The position numbers and the translations under genes are program-made. Source: an uncultured Gemmatimonadales bacterium (GTDB lineage: Bacteria; Gemmatimonadota; Gemmatimonadetes; Palauibacterales; Palauibacteraceae). From it: DNA of 64,000 bases. The notes below the pieces were generated by a model, which worked only from the letters and a program-made list of their open reading frames with translations, did not search any database and was not told the DNA's origin. The DNA is taken from assembly GCA_963783385.1 (NCBI GenBank), contig CAWANJ010000001.1, positions 224,001 through 288,000 of the forward strand, given 5' to 3'. Shown here piece after piece: positions 62,195 to 64,000 of the stretch. Numbering within the stretch: the first letter of the stretch is position 1; the number at the start of each line of letters is the position of its first letter.

Positions 62195-62312
62195 GGAGTC
62201 GGCCGGTGCGAAGGCCCGGGGCCTCGGTTCCCCCCCGTGTACCGGGGCCTGGTGGACCGCCCGTGGGGCGGGGGACGCCGTCCGTGCGTGGGTGTCGTCG
62301 GTGATCCGGGCC

Positions 62313-62648
62313 TCAGGCGCTGGCCACGGTCGAGGCGTCCACGGCCAGATCCGGCCGGTGCTTCCAGATCCAGCGGTGCAGGAGCTGGAGACGCTTCAGG
62401 GGCAGGTCGGATAGTACGTTCGCCTGGAGGCCGGGAATGATGCAGGCGGCGGCCCGTCGCAGCAGGAACGCCCGCTGCAGTGCCCGCTGCTCCTCGCTGA
62501 GGCTCGTCCCGCCCGGAATGTCGGGAATGGGCTCGAGCAACCTGTGATAGCTGTATACTTCCCGAGGTGAGAACTCCCGTGGAATCTGGTAGGCGTGACC
62601 CCGAACCTCGAAAGAACCCTCGGGACCGATCGAAAGCAGTTCAGCCAT
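62313..62648 (-). CDS. hypothetical protein (111 aa)
   Basis: AGGAG Shine-Dalgarno before the ATG at 62648; globular, non-low-complexity composition. Confidence 0.7.
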   Translation of the reverse strand: MAELLSIGPEGSFEVRGHAYQIPREFSPREVYSYHRLLEPIPDIPGGTSLSEEQRALQRAFLLRRAAACIIPGLQANVLSDLPLKRLQLLHRWIWKHRPDLAVDASTVASA

Positions 62649-62870
62649 GCGTCGCTCTCCTCCTCGCGCCGAACCGGACCGTTCGCTCCGAGCGGATCCG
62701 GCCGGCGGCCGGGTCAGGTCGGAGAGCGACGCGCAGACCGGGGGTGGCGCACGCCGCGACTCGCATCCAGGGCTGTGGCGATCCCGAACATACTCGCCGA
62801 AACGGCCGGCAGGCAAGCTCCGAGCGGGCCTCCGGGCTGCTCCCACGGGTCGGGGGCCCGCCGCGCGACC

Positions 62871-62899
62871 TTGTTGTCGGGATCACGCGCGGCTACCTT
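62871..62899 (+). promoter_or_regulatory. candidate sigma70 promoter for the cold-shock gene
   Basis: TTGTTG, 17-nt spacer, TACCTT. Confidence 0.45.
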
Positions 62900-63053
62900 G
62901 CACGCGGCCCGTGGGCCGGGATTCGGCGCCGACGCCGGACTCCGCCGACGGGCCATTTCGTGACAGCCTCCGGCCGGCGGCGCATTGATGGGACCCCCAG
63001 ACAGACGGTCCGGGCCGGAGCGAGGTTCGCGGTACAGCGGAGGACAGGCCAGC

Positions 63054-63449
63054 ATGGCTCGGGAAACCGGCAGCGTGAAGTGGTTTTCGAACGAGAAGGG
63101 GTACGGCTTCATTGAGCGGGACAGCGGCGAGGACGTCTTCGTCCACCATTCCGACATCGAGGGTGACGGCTTCAAGACGCTTCGACAGGAGGAACGGGTC
63201 GAGTTCGAAGTGGAGGCGGCCGACAAGGGACCGAGGGCCCGGCGCGTGGTCCGTGAAGACCAGGAGACGCGCGAGCAGGTGAGCGCTCCGGCGGACCCGA
63301 ACGAGGTCGGAAGCACCGCCACCCGGACCGCACAGGCCGGATCGGCCGAGGCGTCCGCCGGATCCCCGGATGGAGCGGGAAGCGGGCGCACCCTGGCGGC
63401 GCAGCTCAAGGACAAGCTCGGGCGCCGGTTCTTCGGCGACGAGGGCTGA
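63054..63449 (+). CDS. cold-shock domain protein with a C-terminal extension
   Basis: GSVKWF, RNP1 KGYGFI and RNP2 VFVHH; GGAGG Shine-Dalgarno. Confidence 0.95.
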   Translation: MARETGSVKWFSNEKGYGFIERDSGEDVFVHHSDIEGDGFKTLRQEERVEFEVEAADKGPRARRVVREDQETREQVSAPADPNEVGSTATRTAQAGSAEASAGSPDGAGSGRTLAAQLKDKLGRRFFGDEG

Positions 63450-63605
63450 GCGGGTCCGGTCGACCGCGACCGGGGGTCGTGCGGCGCGTGGGAGCGCCGC
63501 GAACACCGGAACAGCGGCAGTACGTTAGTGTGCTACACAGTGCGAGGTGGACGGCCGGGGCCGTCCGCGCCTCGAGAACCTCAGCCTCCGAAGGGGGGGA
63601 TTCGC

Positions 63606-63809
63606 TTGGAGTATCGACTGCGTGAGGGCGAGGACCTGGACCGGGCGCTGAAGAAGTTTCGCCGCAAGGTGCAGCGCGCGGGGATCTTCCGCGACATCAA
63701 GAAGAACCGCTTCTACGAGAAGCCCAGCGAGGCCCGTCGGCGGAAGGCGAAGGCCGCCGAGCGCCGGCGTCGCCGTCGGCGCCGCCGCAGGAGCCGCAAC
63801 AACAGCTGA
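63606..63809 (+). CDS. rpsU: 30S ribosomal protein S21
   Basis: TTG start; EDLDRALKKFRRK and FYEKPSE. Confidence 0.95.
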   Translation: MEYRLREGEDLDRALKKFRRKVQRAGIFRDIKKNRFYEKPSEARRRKAKAAERRRRRRRRRRSRNNS

Positions 63810-63866
63810 GCCCGGCCCACGCGCCGCCGCCACGTCGGGCGGCCCGCGAGGCGAGGCAGCCATTCC

Positions 63867-63905
63867 GAGCCGCCCGGGGGACATCCCGCCGGGCGGCTTC
63901 TCGTT
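63867..63905. terminator. hairpin between convergent rpsU and ispG
   Basis: GCCGCCCGG...CCGGGCGGC stem followed by TTCTCGTT on the + strand. Confidence 0.6.
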
Positions 63906-64000
63906 CTATGCGCTCCCGTAGCGGCGGTCCACGTAGCCTTCCAGGAGGGCCAGGAACTCTTCCACGATCCCCTCTCCCCGAAGGGTCGTGACCTTCTCCC
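63906..64000 (-). CDS. ispG: 3' end of a probable (E)-4-hydroxy-3-methylbut-2-enyl-diphosphate synthase
   Basis: Manual translation EKVTTLRGEGIVEEFLALLEGYVDRRYGSA* resembles the IspG C-terminus. Confidence 0.65.
   Translation of the reverse strand, partial: EKVTTLRGEGIVEEFLALLEGYVDRRYGSA

Overview
A very GC-rich bacterial chromosomal segment, tentatively Gemmatimonadota-like (inferred from protein sequences and gene neighbourhoods, not from a search). Bases 1-30,030 are the minus-strand translation/transcription super-operon: sigma70-type promoter, tRNA-Thr, tRNA-Tyr, tuf, rpmG, secE, nusG, rplKAJL, rpoBC, rpsLG, fusA, a second tuf, the S10 and spc clusters, secY and a partial adk. rpoC has two single-base frameshifts and rpoB probably one near its start; these are most likely assembly errors. 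Bases 30,000-64,000 hold housekeeping and accessory genes, including cysS, MscS, glmS, glmM, purD, mutM, lepA, waaF, two sugar kinases, pyk, a cold-shock protein, rpsU and the 3' end of ispG. Four things stand out. (1) An ECF sigma/zinc anti-sigma locus whose apparent promoter (GAAAC-N17-CGTA) occurs three times, once ahead of an M48 protease. (2) A translationally coupled STAS-GHKL ATPase plus STAS-like/HTH pair, a possible partner-switching module, between sugar kinases and an Ntn acylase. (3) A sensorless ChpT/Spo0B-like pseudo-histidine kinase. (4) A catalytically dead IS200-type Y1 transposase homologue. No CRISPR array, rRNA gene, prophage or intact IS element was seen.
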